A stretch of 64,000 nt of DNA from IMG/VR virus record IMGVR_UViG_3300050145_000014; one strand, given 5' to 3'. Under the pieces are notes generated by a model. The model saw nothing but the letters and a program-made list of their open reading frames with translations, had not been told where the DNA came from and made no database searches. The position numbers and the translations under genes were made by a program. This stretch comes from a virus. Taxonomy: Duplodnaviria; Heunggongvirae; Uroviricota; Caudoviricetes. Below, in pieces: positions 44,383-54,583 of the stretch (positions within the stretch are counted from its first letter, which is position 1; the number at the start of each line of letters is the position of its first letter).

Positions 44383-45429
44383 ATGCAACAAAATAAAAAA
44401 GTTAGAGTTTATCAGGACAGGAGTAAAGATGTAGTGGAAGTATTTCCAGAATACTCTGACCTCTTCTCTGATAAGCAATTAAAACATATGTGGCTTCCTA
44501 AGGAAGTCAAAGTAGAGAAAGATAAACAAAATATCCTTGTGGAGTTAAGCCCTTCTGCAAGGCATGGTGTTTTAACTGTACTAAGACTCTTTACAAACTA
44601 TGAAGTCTTTGCAGGAGAAGATTGGTGGGCTGGAAGATTCCCTAAGATTATGCGTGGCCCTGAGTTTACTCGGATGGGGAGTGTGTTCAGTGCTGTAGAA
44701 TTGGCTGTACATAAACCCTTCTATCAACAACTTAATCAGACACTTGGATTAGATAATGAAGAGTTTTACACATCATATGTAGAAAATCCCGTCCTAAAGA
44801 GTCGCATGGACTTTATTGACCAAGTGATTAACCATGAATGTCCTTTTGTTGCCCTTGGGGCTTTTAGTATGGTAGAGGGAGCTATTCTTTATAGTTCTTT
44901 TGCTTACTTGAAAGCTTTCCAAGCTAATGGCCGAAATGACATCAAGACGATTATCTCTGGGATTAACTACTCACTAGCTGATGAAGGGCTGCACTCTGTT
45001 GCTGCAGCCAGTTGCTTTAGGCACTTACATAAAGAATGTCAGGAAGATGGGGTATTTCTGGAGTATTCTGATCAGTGGCCTGTAGAATGGGTAAGAAGTG
45101 AGTTAGAGAAGGTAGCTAGGCAAATTTACCTACACGAGTCACAGATTATTGAAATGATCTTTGAACAAGGATCTGAGGGTATGCCTTGTACTAAGGGAGA
45201 GCTGTTAGCTTTCGTTCGTGCTAGACTTAATGCTTGCTTGATCAACCTAAGGTATTCAGCTATTTTTGATGAAGAAGGGGATACAATGTCAGAATGGTTT
45301 TACAAGAGTATTACAAGTTTTGTCATGCATGATTTCTTCAACTCTCTTGGCAGTCAGTACACAAATACTTGGCAGGAAAATGACTTTGATCCTAGGAATT
45401 TAGTAGAGGAAGAAGATGAAAAAGAATAA
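44383..45429 (+). CDS. nrdB: ribonucleotide reductase small subunit (class I R2)
   Basis: Ferritin-like motifs AVELAVHKPFY (radical Tyr region), MVEGAILYSSFAYL, SLADEGLHS. Confidence 0.85.
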   Translation: MQQNKKVRVYQDRSKDVVEVFPEYSDLFSDKQLKHMWLPKEVKVEKDKQNILVELSPSARHGVLTVLRLFTNYEVFAGEDWWAGRFPKIMRGPEFTRMGSVFSAVELAVHKPFYQQLNQTLGLDNEEFYTSYVENPVLKSRMDFIDQVINHECPFVALGAFSMVEGAILYSSFAYLKAFQANGRNDIKTIISGINYSLADEGLHSVAAASCFRHLHKECQEDGVFLEYSDQWPVEWVRSELEKVARQIYLHESQIIEMIFEQGSEGMPCTKGELLAFVRARLNACLINLRYSAIFDEEGDTMSEWFYKSITSFVMHDFFNSLGSQYTNTWQENDFDPRNLVEEEDEKE

Positions 45430-47128
45430 AAAGCTAACATACGAGGAATTATCAGTAGAGCGAAAGAAGCTCCAAGCTGAAGGCCAGATTCCCGACTGGT
45501 ATACAACTGCAGGATGGCAGTTGTTCAAAGACAGATATCTTTATCAAGCAAGCGGGATCAAGGGACAGTTTGAACGTATTGCTTCTGTAGCTGCGAGTCA
45601 TTTACCAGAAGAACATCGACAGTCTGGGTTTAATAGTTTCTTCAAAATCCTCTGGGATGGTGAACTGTCGGCTTCAACACCTGTTCTAAGCAATACAGGG
45701 ACTACACGAGGATTGCCTGTGTCATGTCAAGGAGCTTATGTAGATGATAGTATCTTAGGGATCTACAATACCAAGAAGCAGCTAGCTGTGCACTCAAAGA
45801 AAGGGTTTGGAACTTCTGCGTATATTGGGAATATTCGACCGAGAGGTACAAAGATCTCTGTAGGTGGTAGCGCAGAAGGTAAATTACCTGTGATTACTGG
45901 ACTACGTGACGACATGACATATGTCTCCCAAGGGGGTGTTCGTCGAGGATCTGTAGCAGTTTATACAGAATTAGATGACCCTGATTTTGATGAGATGGTA
46001 GACTACACTCATGCAAATCCTGAAGACTTAAACATTGGATGGAATGTCTCTGATAAACTTGCAAATGAAATTTGGGTAACTAAAGATCCTGAAGCTTGTC
46101 GAAGATTCAGTAAAGCTATGGCTAGATTGAAGATGCCTAAAGGTAAAGGTTATTGGTTTTTCCCAGATAAGGCAAATGCTTTAGCTCCTCTTGCAATTAA
46201 GAACTCAGGTATTACGATTAAGGCCTCGAATCTTTGTACAGAGATTATGCTTCCATCAGATGACGAATATAATTTTGTCTGTGTTCTAAGTTCACTAAAC
46301 CTTATCCATTGGGATAAGCTAGAGCGTAATGACACAATCTTCTGGGCTACCGTATTCCTGGCGTGTATCAATAAGGAGTTTATTAAACTAGCTAGAGATA
46401 TCGAAGGTCTAGAGAAGTCAGTAAAAGCTGCAGAAGATTTTGCTGCTGTTGGTTTAGGTGTCCTTGGGTGGCATTCTCTCCTACAGAAAGATCGTATCCC
46501 TTTTGGGTCTTTTGAAGCTCACATGCTGAATAACAGAATCTTCGCTAGGATTGAAGAAGAGTCCTTTAGGGCTAACCAATGGCTTGCTGGGGTCTTCGGT
46601 GAAAGTAAGTTTACTAAGGGTCTAGGAATTCACTGTGCTACTACATTAGCTGTTGCTCCTACAAAGAGTACAGCAGCTTTGATGGGTGGTATGTCTGAAG
46701 GTATCAACCCTGACGCAAGTATGGTGTTCACTCAAAGTACACCTGCTGGTGATGTAAACCGTATCAACCCATTCCTTCTAGAGATCATGAAGGAACGTGC
46801 TGTATACACGCAGGAAGAGGTTGATGACATTGCGTCGAAGGGGGGATCAGTACAGGATCGTGATTGGCTGACAGAACATGAAAAGAAAGTGTTTCTAAAT
46901 GCTTTTGAACTGAACATGCTTGATCACCTAAGACTTTGTGCAACAAGGCAAAGATTTATTGACCAAGGTCAGAGTATTAACTTGTATTTTTCTGGTGATG
47001 CAGACCCTAACTGGATTATGAAAGTTCATAAACAAGCTTTCCTAGATCCTTATATCAAGAGTCTTTACTATATTTATAGTACCAGACTGATTTCAGGTGT
47101 TAACAAAGTATGTGAGGCTTGTCAATGA
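45416..47128 (+). CDS. nrdA: ribonucleotide reductase large subunit (class I R1)
   Basis: Active-site SNLCTEI, PTKST, and a C-terminal Cys pair VCEACQ. Confidence 0.85.
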   Translation: MKKNKKLTYEELSVERKKLQAEGQIPDWYTTAGWQLFKDRYLYQASGIKGQFERIASVAASHLPEEHRQSGFNSFFKILWDGELSASTPVLSNTGTTRGLPVSCQGAYVDDSILGIYNTKKQLAVHSKKGFGTSAYIGNIRPRGTKISVGGSAEGKLPVITGLRDDMTYVSQGGVRRGSVAVYTELDDPDFDEMVDYTHANPEDLNIGWNVSDKLANEIWVTKDPEACRRFSKAMARLKMPKGKGYWFFPDKANALAPLAIKNSGITIKASNLCTEIMLPSDDEYNFVCVLSSLNLIHWDKLERNDTIFWATVFLACINKEFIKLARDIEGLEKSVKAAEDFAAVGLGVLGWHSLLQKDRIPFGSFEAHMLNNRIFARIEEESFRANQWLAGVFGESKFTKGLGIHCATTLAVAPTKSTAALMGGMSEGINPDASMVFTQSTPAGDVNRINPFLLEIMKERAVYTQEEVDDIASKGGSVQDRDWLTEHEKKVFLNAFELNMLDHLRLCATRQRFIDQGQSINLYFSGDADPNWIMKVHKQAFLDPYIKSLYYIYSTRLISGVNKVCEACQ

Positions 47129-47228
47129 AAACTAGATGGAAGAAATTTAAAGTATGGTGTTTCTGGTCTTGGTATAATATCAAGTGCTGGATACCTATTC
47201 AGGTCTATATTCGATAGACAAAGAAAAA

Positions 47229-47260
47229 GCCCCCCTAGGAAACTAGGGGGGCTTTTGTTT
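47229..47260. terminator. bidirectional rho-independent terminator between convergent nrdA and the tailspike gene
   Basis: GCCCCCCTAG-gaaa-CTAGGGGGGC flanked by an A-run on the 5' side and TTTTGTTT on the 3' side. Confidence 0.65.
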
Positions 47261-49958
47261 AACTAACGTATGTTAGTTGACCAGTCATTTGAATCCAGTC
47301 TGTTCCATTATAAATAAACTTTGTGACACCAGTTCCAAAACTCACTCCTGTGCCATCTGCGACTTTTTTGAAGTTTGATGCCCAAGTAATCGTTTGAGGT
47401 GTAAATGCTTGAGAGATAATAACTTCGAGAGTCATTCCTTTTCTAGAATTTACTGGAGGACTGATTGTTACAGCAGCGTCAGGGACAATCACCACAATTT
47501 TACCCGTAGTCGTCATGTCGTGAATAACAGTAGGTTGCCTATAGGTCTTCTCAAACAAAGTTACTCCTTTTGTATCCTGGATACTCAAAATAGGTAGTAA
47601 TCCAATGGTTGACCCGATACCAGAGTCTGTCTTAGAGAAGTCAGAGTCCTTGACAATCAGCGCTGTACCTCTTGGGGGACTACTAGAAGCAGCACCAATA
47701 GAGGTTGTACTCACTGCTCCAGAAGCTTTCACACATGTCAAGTTATTAACAACACACGTATTATTTGCTAATGTTATTGTACCACCCTGTCCATTGACAA
47801 AGGTTACACCTGTAGCAAGTTTTACAGCTTGACCGTCAAGGGTCTTCAAAGTAATTGTTGAGTTATCTGCAGCAAATAGTATCTGATATACACCATCCAA
47901 AGAACCTGAACTTAAAGTATTATTTTGAATTAGAACGTAGTCATTATTCTTCCAAGGGAAAGCGAATGTCGTAAATACAGCAGGGTCTGCACTCGTGATA
48001 TTGGCGATGGTTCTCGGATTAAGGATATTTCCGCTAAAGTAGAATACGACACCAGACCCATTTGTTGGGATACCTTCAAATAACCCACTGACATAGGTAT
48101 TCTCAGAGTTAGACAACATAACAGGAGCAACTGAGGATGTCATTGCTGGGGAACAGACATAGTGTCCAATTACTTTGTTATTTTTAGATTTTTGTGTCGA
48201 TGACTCGTTATACACAAGAGTCCCACCCCCTTCAGGGACTGAAGGGTAGTCAACTGCATTTGTAATTTGTTGAGAGTCTGCGATGTATCCGGCTCTAAAG
48301 CGTGTTGCAGTTCCAGTTGAGTCATTCACTAGGATTTTACCTTTAACAACACTATCTGAAGCTCCGACGGCAGTCATCCCAAAGGCATTGATACCAGAAT
48401 GACTTAATTCTAGATGCAGAGTACACCCTGTTCCTAGGCCATTTGTAGTAGGTGTGTTTGGTGTTGGAGGAAGAGTTGAATACTTTCCGTGAGCAACATA
48501 CTTCACAGCCTGGACCTCTCCATTCAAGCCTACCTGAGTAACCTTGAAAATGGCGGGCTCTAAAGGAGATCCACCAGAAAGTATTAAGTCATCACCAACT
48601 TTATACCCTGTTCCAGATGAACATTTGATGAGGGTACCTGTTGTCCACGTTGCAAATTGTGACGAATTTAGAGCTACAGTGTTTCTGAATGCTGTATCAC
48701 TTAATTCAAATGTATTTTGTGTGACTGCTCGTGCCTGATAAAATCCAATTAGATTTTGCATACCACTTGGAGCAATGTTGATAAATGACACTACATCCCC
48801 AAGTTGTAAATTGTGTGAAGGCATGGACACTACAGCAGCGGATGCTTTAGAGACCGTAGGGTCTCCAATAATTATCCCAGGGACTGCGGAGTATACTGAA
48901 GTCCCATCAGTTCCTGCTTCAATTTCTACAGTTATCTCGCAATCAGCAAGGTCAGATGGGACTCTATTGTCTGCTAAAGCGTGATTATACAAAGATACTG
49001 CCCCATTTCTTAAGAGCCCTGCTTTCCCTACTGCAGATATTTTTACTCCAGAGACTCTCCCAGATTTCACATAGTTATATGGTGCATCTGGAAAAGGCTT
49101 TGTCATAGGTGTATAGACTTTTACACCATTACCTCTAATACCTTGGACTCTTGCTCCATCAACAATGACATTTTGTAACCCTTGATCGTCATAGTAAGGG
49201 TTTGGTGATGTAATTTGATCATCACCAACAGCAATACAATCATCACCACCTTCGGCCCGGACGTTTGTCACAACGATATCTCTACCAAATTGAATATGAA
49301 GAGCATCTTGCCAGACTCTCTCCCCATTTAAGATATTACAATTAGAAATTTTTATACCCTGCCCGCCAATTCTTGTAGACCAGTTTAGAGACCACTGTGA
49401 TGCAATCGTTGTGACATTGTCAAGTTCAAGATTTCTAACGTTATAGTACTCCATGATAGCTAAGTACTCTGTATTACACGCATCAAGTATAATATTTGAG
49501 AGCCTCATATTATTAGAGGATCCATACCAGCTCCCATTTTTCTTTACCCATTTTGCTCTGATAATCGAGCTTGTCGGGGATGTAAACATACTCCCGGTTA
49601 CGTTTCCAACTTTTTGCAGGGCCCCTCCTGATCCATTAATACCTAGATTTGTTGGGTGCCATAAACCAGTTACAAGATATGTACCTTTTTGGTATAAAGA
49701 TACATCTCTCCTATACTCCTTTTTAGCAAGAGCATCTGAGGACATATCATCGAAAAACTGTTGGAGAACCACAGTATCATCATACCCCGATGGCCTCGGC
49801 GCGGCATAAGTTTGCGCAGATCGGAGCGAGTCCAGCTGAGAGTCGAGAACCCCTGTGGAATCCATATAGACTGGTTGAAGAACTTTTACTGCACCATCAT
49901 CCCACTCAATAGTGCGACTCCCGTCAATACCTGTCCTAATTTCTGAAATATTTGGCAT
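47259..49958 (-). CDS. tailspike / tail fibre protein with a right-handed beta-helix (pectate-lyase-like) domain
   Basis: 899 aa; repetitive ...NVT.N...G..G..I.. beta-helix rungs and Asp-rich putative catalytic patches. Confidence 0.6.
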   Translation of the reverse strand: MPNISEIRTGIDGSRTIEWDDGAVKVLQPVYMDSTGVLDSQLDSLRSAQTYAAPRPSGYDDTVVLQQFFDDMSSDALAKKEYRRDVSLYQKGTYLVTGLWHPTNLGINGSGGALQKVGNVTGSMFTSPTSSIIRAKWVKKNGSWYGSSNNMRLSNIILDACNTEYLAIMEYYNVRNLELDNVTTIASQWSLNWSTRIGGQGIKISNCNILNGERVWQDALHIQFGRDIVVTNVRAEGGDDCIAVGDDQITSPNPYYDDQGLQNVIVDGARVQGIRGNGVKVYTPMTKPFPDAPYNYVKSGRVSGVKISAVGKAGLLRNGAVSLYNHALADNRVPSDLADCEITVEIEAGTDGTSVYSAVPGIIIGDPTVSKASAAVVSMPSHNLQLGDVVSFINIAPSGMQNLIGFYQARAVTQNTFELSDTAFRNTVALNSSQFATWTTGTLIKCSSGTGYKVGDDLILSGGSPLEPAIFKVTQVGLNGEVQAVKYVAHGKYSTLPPTPNTPTTNGLGTGCTLHLELSHSGINAFGMTAVGASDSVVKGKILVNDSTGTATRFRAGYIADSQQITNAVDYPSVPEGGGTLVYNESSTQKSKNNKVIGHYVCSPAMTSSVAPVMLSNSENTYVSGLFEGIPTNGSGVVFYFSGNILNPRTIANITSADPAVFTTFAFPWKNNDYVLIQNNTLSSGSLDGVYQILFAADNSTITLKTLDGQAVKLATGVTFVNGQGGTITLANNTCVVNNLTCVKASGAVSTTSIGAASSSPPRGTALIVKDSDFSKTDSGIGSTIGLLPILSIQDTKGVTLFEKTYRQPTVIHDMTTTGKIVVIVPDAAVTISPPVNSRKGMTLEVIISQAFTPQTITWASNFKKVADGTGVSFGTGVTKFIYNGTDWIQMTGQLTYVS

Positions 49959-49959
49959 A

Positions 49960-50628
49960 TTAATCCTCTAAAATAGTTAATGCTTTATTATACAAGGCGA
50001 GTCTTTGAGGGTATCCAATTAACCCTCCATTGATTTTTCTAGTCATACCTTCTAGATCCCCTTTATCGGCAAAGGTTGCAAGGTTATTTTTCTTCCAGAA
50101 AACACAGGCAGAGATTAGAGCGTACACAGGTTGCAATATAAGATCCGGTTGAGTAATAAAATCTACTCCAGTTTCTTTTGATAGCATTCTGTAGTTATCT
50201 TTCCCTGTCAGTTGCTTTAACCCCCTGCCCCTGTATCTCCATCCATCACCTGAAGCCTCATCAGAGTTTCCCATCCTGTTTGCATAACAATTGCAAGCAA
50301 TATCAAAAGGCTTCCTGTGCAGCTTTAAGGCTAGAGGGTTAGGCAGGTATCTCCCAACAGAATTTTTAGCGTATGAGTCGTTCTGGAGCTTTTTAGCGTA
50401 CCTTGCAGGCCATGTATTAGCTAAACCATCTGATGAGTAGTTTAAGTTCTCTTGTAAAGCTGACAGTCCTGCACTTTCATGACCGACTTGAGCTAGGAAA
50501 GCAGCTACTCTTAACTTTGTAAAGATCCCAAAGCTAGGGAGAACTGCTTTAAAATAAGGTAGCCAGATTTCAGCTACGTCTTCTTTTGATCCGGTACCAG
50601 CACAGATGTCTTTAGCAGTTAAGTTCAT
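49960..50628 (-). CDS. endolysin, glycoside hydrolase family 19 (chitinase-like)
   Basis: VAAFLAQVGHESAGLSALQENLNYS matches the GH19 catalytic region of phage endolysins. Confidence 0.75.
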   Translation of the reverse strand: MNLTAKDICAGTGSKEDVAEIWLPYFKAVLPSFGIFTKLRVAAFLAQVGHESAGLSALQENLNYSSDGLANTWPARYAKKLQNDSYAKNSVGRYLPNPLALKLHRKPFDIACNCYANRMGNSDEASGDGWRYRGRGLKQLTGKDNYRMLSKETGVDFITQPDLILQPVYALISACVFWKKNNLATFADKGDLEGMTRKINGGLIGYPQRLALYNKALTILED

Positions 50629-50646
50629 AATGGCCCTCTAACTGGT

Positions 50647-51135
50647 TTAGACCTTCCTTGAAATAATCTCATCTTTTCGTTGACTCCCAATAGATGTTCC
50701 ACGGTGGAAATTTATGACAACCCCGGAGTATGTCCATAGAGATCCTACCAAGGTATACACAAGCTCTTTATTATCAATTGGAACTGAAGTAAAGAAAGCG
50801 ATGAATGTTAAGACCACCGAAGCTATTACAATAATGAAGTCGAGGAGGTATGCACTGTTTTTCGCTAACCATGATGCAAACTGAGAGTCTTGGATATGTT
50901 CGTTCATATCTCTTGCATCTGCAGTATTCTTATTCTCTTCTTGAACTAAGAACTCGTCATGCTTCATAGCTGCCTCAGAGACTTTCTGAAGCTCCTCTTG
51001 GGACATTTCAGGTTTTAATTTAATACCTAACTTGTCTTCAACATACTCTGTACCTTTCTCAATGACAGACTGAGCTACTTTTGGTAACCCGCCTGAGATA
51101 AGACTCGATACGATACCTGCAATAATAGGAAGCAT
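50647..51135 (-). CDS. holin-like membrane protein (N-terminal TM and two C-terminal TMs)
   Basis: Hydrophobic segments MLPIIAGIVSSLISGG and YLLDFIIVIASVVLTFIAFF; sits next to the endolysin. Confidence 0.5.
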   Translation of the reverse strand: MLPIIAGIVSSLISGGLPKVAQSVIEKGTEYVEDKLGIKLKPEMSQEELQKVSEAAMKHDEFLVQEENKNTADARDMNEHIQDSQFASWLAKNSAYLLDFIIVIASVVLTFIAFFTSVPIDNKELVYTLVGSLWTYSGVVINFHRGTSIGSQRKDEIISRKV

Positions 51136-51144
51136 ATTCTCTCC

Positions 51145-51498
51145 TTATGGGATGTAGATTCCTGCTTTGAATAGTACAATACCTGCTACTAATGCAGCTA
51201 CAGTATATACTCCCTTTTTTAACCACCCTACAAATTCCATGTCTCTTTTAATTTCTGCAATACTTGTTTCGTTTGCTCTTGTTAGTCTTAGGGATTCTTC
51301 AGAGACCATTGTAGCTCTGCCAGCTTCAGCCCTTACTTGAATTTGTCTTTCTTCCATTTGGACTAACTTTGACAAAGCACTTGATATATCTCTCATAGAT
51401 TCTTTCATGCTGTTGCGTAAGTCATTAACGTCTTCATGTAGAGAAGATAGTCTTTCTGCTACTACTAAAATTGCTGTGTTATCTTGTTCTTTTTCCAT
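51145..51498 (-). CDS. tail-anchored coiled-coil membrane protein (holin or spanin candidate); start placed at MEKEQ
   Basis: C-terminal TM GVYTVAALVAGIVLF; the ORF in the track is 51145..51582. Confidence 0.4.
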   Translation of the reverse strand: MEKEQDNTAILVVAERLSSLHEDVNDLRNSMKESMRDISSALSKLVQMEERQIQVRAEAGRATMVSEESLRLTRANETSIAEIKRDMEFVGWLKKGVYTVAALVAGIVLFKAGIYIP

Positions 51499-51514
51499 GA
51501 CTATCTTTTCAATG

Positions 51515-52402
51515 TTATGCGTATTCGTAGATGATGATGGAGCCGAGACGCCCGGTGTAATTGCCCCCACCAGCGCCGCCACCTGGTGGGTTAACCCAGA
51601 TCAGGCCGGGAGCGCCGGCCCCCGTCCCATCAGGGATGCCACTAGAAGGCACCCAGGTAGTTACTGCAGAGGCCGAGCCTACGTAGTACCTAGATCCGCA
51701 AAAACCGCCCCTACTGACTGTGGGCGCTGGCACATCCCAAAAACCGCCACAGTTAAGTCGGACCCAGTCTGTGCACTGAGTCCCAGCCGCCTCCAATACA
51801 GTGACGACTGACGATACCGCGCTGTCGACGCTCGGGACATTAACTGATGTGCTGCCAACCAAAACCGTCGTTGTTGTGTTGGCGAACGGGGTGCTATAGG
51901 CTGGCGTAGACTTTCCGCCTGGAGCCTTGAGTTGGGATGATGTATTCCCAAACGTTGTAGTCCCACCAGCACCACCTGTAGGGACGCCGCTGACGCCAGC
52001 GGTGCCAGCGGTACCAACAGAATAAGGCGCCCCCACAAAGGCGGTTATGTCACTAATGTACGCCTCAAGATATCCGCCCCCTTGGCCAGCCATACCAACG
52101 CTAACCTGAGTTGAGCTGCAGGCGGGTGGGTAGGAGCCACCGGCGCCGCTGCCGTACATTTTGATAATTACCGACTTCGTCCCTGTCGTAGGGGTATAAG
52201 TCCCAGAACCTGTCAGTACTCTTACATTCAAGAGTCGTCCGTACTTTTCAGTATTTAGTTGTTGGAAGGTTACAGGGTCAAGATTTGCTGTAGCATCTCC
52301 AGAGAGTTGGAAAGTAGCAGCTTCTGCATCAACAAAAGCCATACTCCCTAAAAGACCGTTTGTTGGGACTTGGTCCTGTCCTGTTCCAATTAAACTTGGC
52401 AT
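51515..52402 (-). CDS. glycine-rich tail fibre protein
   Basis: GSGAGG/GGAGG repeats in a locally GC-rich stretch, within the tail module. Confidence 0.5.
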   Translation of the reverse strand: MPSLIGTGQDQVPTNGLLGSMAFVDAEAATFQLSGDATANLDPVTFQQLNTEKYGRLLNVRVLTGSGTYTPTTGTKSVIIKMYGSGAGGSYPPACSSTQVSVGMAGQGGGYLEAYISDITAFVGAPYSVGTAGTAGVSGVPTGGAGGTTTFGNTSSQLKAPGGKSTPAYSTPFANTTTTVLVGSTSVNVPSVDSAVSSVVTVLEAAGTQCTDWVRLNCGGFWDVPAPTVSRGGFCGSRYYVGSASAVTTWVPSSGIPDGTGAGAPGLIWVNPPGGGAGGGNYTGRLGSIIIYEYA

Positions 52403-52411
52403 TATTATCCT

Positions 52412-54535
52412 TTAGTTTTGTGTTAACGACTGAAGTTCGCTAGTAGATAGGACTCTTGGATAAACCAGTACTTTACGAATAAAGCCATCTAATGCATAAT
52501 TTGAGTCAATATACCTGCCGACGTATAGATTTTGTAAAGGTGTAGGGTAGTCTGTCGGCGACATCGATGCGCTTATTGAACCATTCAGCGAATTTGTTAT
52601 CGTTTTTGTGCTGTTGTCAAAAGATATGCAAACTTTATTAAAAGACCCTATAATATTTTGAGATGAATCAGCACTCGTCCGCACAGCCCCGCCTGTGATG
52701 ACTCTAGCTCCTAAATAGGTGTCATTACCGGGAACTGATATTAAGTCAATCCATGAGGATGCGCTAGCAGATAAGGTGCAGATCATTTGGTAGTTTTTAG
52801 ACTTTATGGGGATCTGGTAGTCAATATAAAGGCTCCCATAATCCTGATATTGGCCTGGGATTGCTAAAAGATCCTGAGAACGTGCACCATAATTACTGAC
52901 TAGAGGCATTAGGGATGTTAAAACTTCAGAGGTCTCATATTGGACTCCCCAGATATAAACACCTGAATACCCATCACCTTGGAAGGTTGAATTCCAACTG
53001 TCGTCTAAAAGCTGAATCCATTGACTGTGCTGCCCGGCTACTGTATTAGCTACATCAATCTGCGCCCAAATTCTTAGCCATCCACCACCAATGTCAATAA
53101 TTCCTGCGGAGTTTGCTGAAGTGGCAGGATTTACTTCTTTTGAGACAAGATCAAAATAAGCAGCATATTGAGTACTACCGTTGACTAAATTGAACATGAC
53201 TTTTGTAACCCCGAAAGGCTTAACATAAGCAGATAGGATTTTTGATGCAGTGTTTGAATGAGTAATATTTCCTGAAATCCACTTTGTTGACATTGAGTTA
53301 GAAGCGGACATGAAACCTGCAGAGTTTGTTCCATCAGGGGCTAGTGCTGCATTTGCTATGGTAGAATTGTTTGTTGCAATACCATTGACTGCTGCGTTGT
53401 CTTTCCATAACCCTACCCCGTGGTGCTCGATGTGGATACCATTACACTCTCTTGTAATAGGATCAAAAGAAATCCTAGGGGAATCTACAGGAGACTTTTT
53501 CATCTTCAGCATCTTTGTAGTCTTAGCCTGTCCTGTTGTTTTAGAGTATACCCCTACAATACCCGCCTCTTCAAGCTGTGCCCCAAAAACTAAGAAATCC
53601 CCTGCACTATTTGATCCTGCTGAGAGGTATAACCCCTGAGCTGTACTAGCCGCCGATGTATTCACCCTTGTCACAGAGAATCTTTGCCATGAAGTTGTGA
53701 CGGTAACAGTGGACGTTGTTGGAGCAATACCGGACTGCACACATGAAAGGGTAATGGTTTGTGATGAGCCTGTGTTACTTTTCAGCCAGATACTCACTGT
53801 AAAAGTTTTTGAAGAGACATCTACCAGGTTTTGTTCTGCATAAAGGAGAGTCCCGTTCAGCGCATTAATTGGATGAGTTAATCTTGATGCACTAGCTAGC
53901 CCATTCGGTGCTGTGAATCCCGTGGTGACGGCAGCACCTGATGCTGTTGCCCATCCTGACCCTTGAAGGTTTTCACTGAATTTTAGAAGATTCTGATCGG
54001 AAATAAAAAACTCATTTGATGTATAGTAAGCTTCTGAGCTTCTTGCAAAAGAAATATTTTTTGGGGCTACTTTTGATGATGCAAAATCTACTGCAATAAC
54101 GGGTCGAACTTTCGGAAAACCTGTACTGGTTTCAAGACTAACTGCTTTCCAATTAGTTGTATCAAGACTCGGGTCAGTTGTCCCTGCACCATTTGTTAGT
54201 CTACGGTAAGGTAGTGCATTTATAGGGCTTGTTCTGTAACTATTCTGAGTATATGTTGTACCAGATACCCAGATTTGTGCCTGTGCTGCAAAAGAAGCTG
54301 CAGTAGCCGTAGCCGTAACAGCAGCTTCAAGATTCGAAGAAGCTTGAGCAATAGTCCTAATTTGACCCAGCTTTGAGTCTGTATCCTGTTGTACAAGAAC
54401 AACCTCATTAGCTTGAGAATTCATCTCTACAATCCCTGCAGGGAGTGCAGAGAATATTGCATCTGCTCTAGGAGAAAAACTCTCTGGCTGAGTTGTTGTC
54501 GGGATTGGAAGAGGTAATTGAGTGACTGTAGTCAT
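52412..54535 (-). CDS. tail fibre / receptor-binding protein with a C-terminal LamG (concanavalin-like) domain
   Basis: C-terminus ...DGFIRKVLVYPRVLSTSELQSL matches the Laminin_G_3 signature (DEVRIYNRALS..E); internal VFGAQLEE repeat. Confidence 0.55.
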   Translation of the reverse strand: MTTVTQLPLPIPTTTQPESFSPRADAIFSALPAGIVEMNSQANEVVLVQQDTDSKLGQIRTIAQASSNLEAAVTATATAASFAAQAQIWVSGTTYTQNSYRTSPINALPYRRLTNGAGTTDPSLDTTNWKAVSLETSTGFPKVRPVIAVDFASSKVAPKNISFARSSEAYYTSNEFFISDQNLLKFSENLQGSGWATASGAAVTTGFTAPNGLASASRLTHPINALNGTLLYAEQNLVDVSSKTFTVSIWLKSNTGSSQTITLSCVQSGIAPTTSTVTVTTSWQRFSVTRVNTSAASTAQGLYLSAGSNSAGDFLVFGAQLEEAGIVGVYSKTTGQAKTTKMLKMKKSPVDSPRISFDPITRECNGIHIEHHGVGLWKDNAAVNGIATNNSTIANAALAPDGTNSAGFMSASNSMSTKWISGNITHSNTASKILSAYVKPFGVTKVMFNLVNGSTQYAAYFDLVSKEVNPATSANSAGIIDIGGGWLRIWAQIDVANTVAGQHSQWIQLLDDSWNSTFQGDGYSGVYIWGVQYETSEVLTSLMPLVSNYGARSQDLLAIPGQYQDYGSLYIDYQIPIKSKNYQMICTLSASASSWIDLISVPGNDTYLGARVITGGAVRTSADSSQNIIGSFNKVCISFDNSTKTITNSLNGSISASMSPTDYPTPLQNLYVGRYIDSNYALDGFIRKVLVYPRVLSTSELQSLTQN

Positions 54536-54583
54536 ATATTGTCCTTATAGAATAGTCCATTATACCAGTGGTATTGCATAATA

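Noticed and set aside
41963-47128. Complete Z-genome (2-aminoadenine) biosynthesis cluster (PurZ/MazZ/DatZ)
   Set aside because: Only MazG-like and diphosphohydrolase-like ORFs are present; no adenylosuccinate-synthetase-like PurZ ORF exists in this window
51407-52038. ORFs 51407..51811(+) and 51679..52038(-) inside the glycine-rich fibre gene
   Set aside because: Antisense or alternative frames of a GC-rich repetitive gene (GGN codons) generate long spurious ORFs
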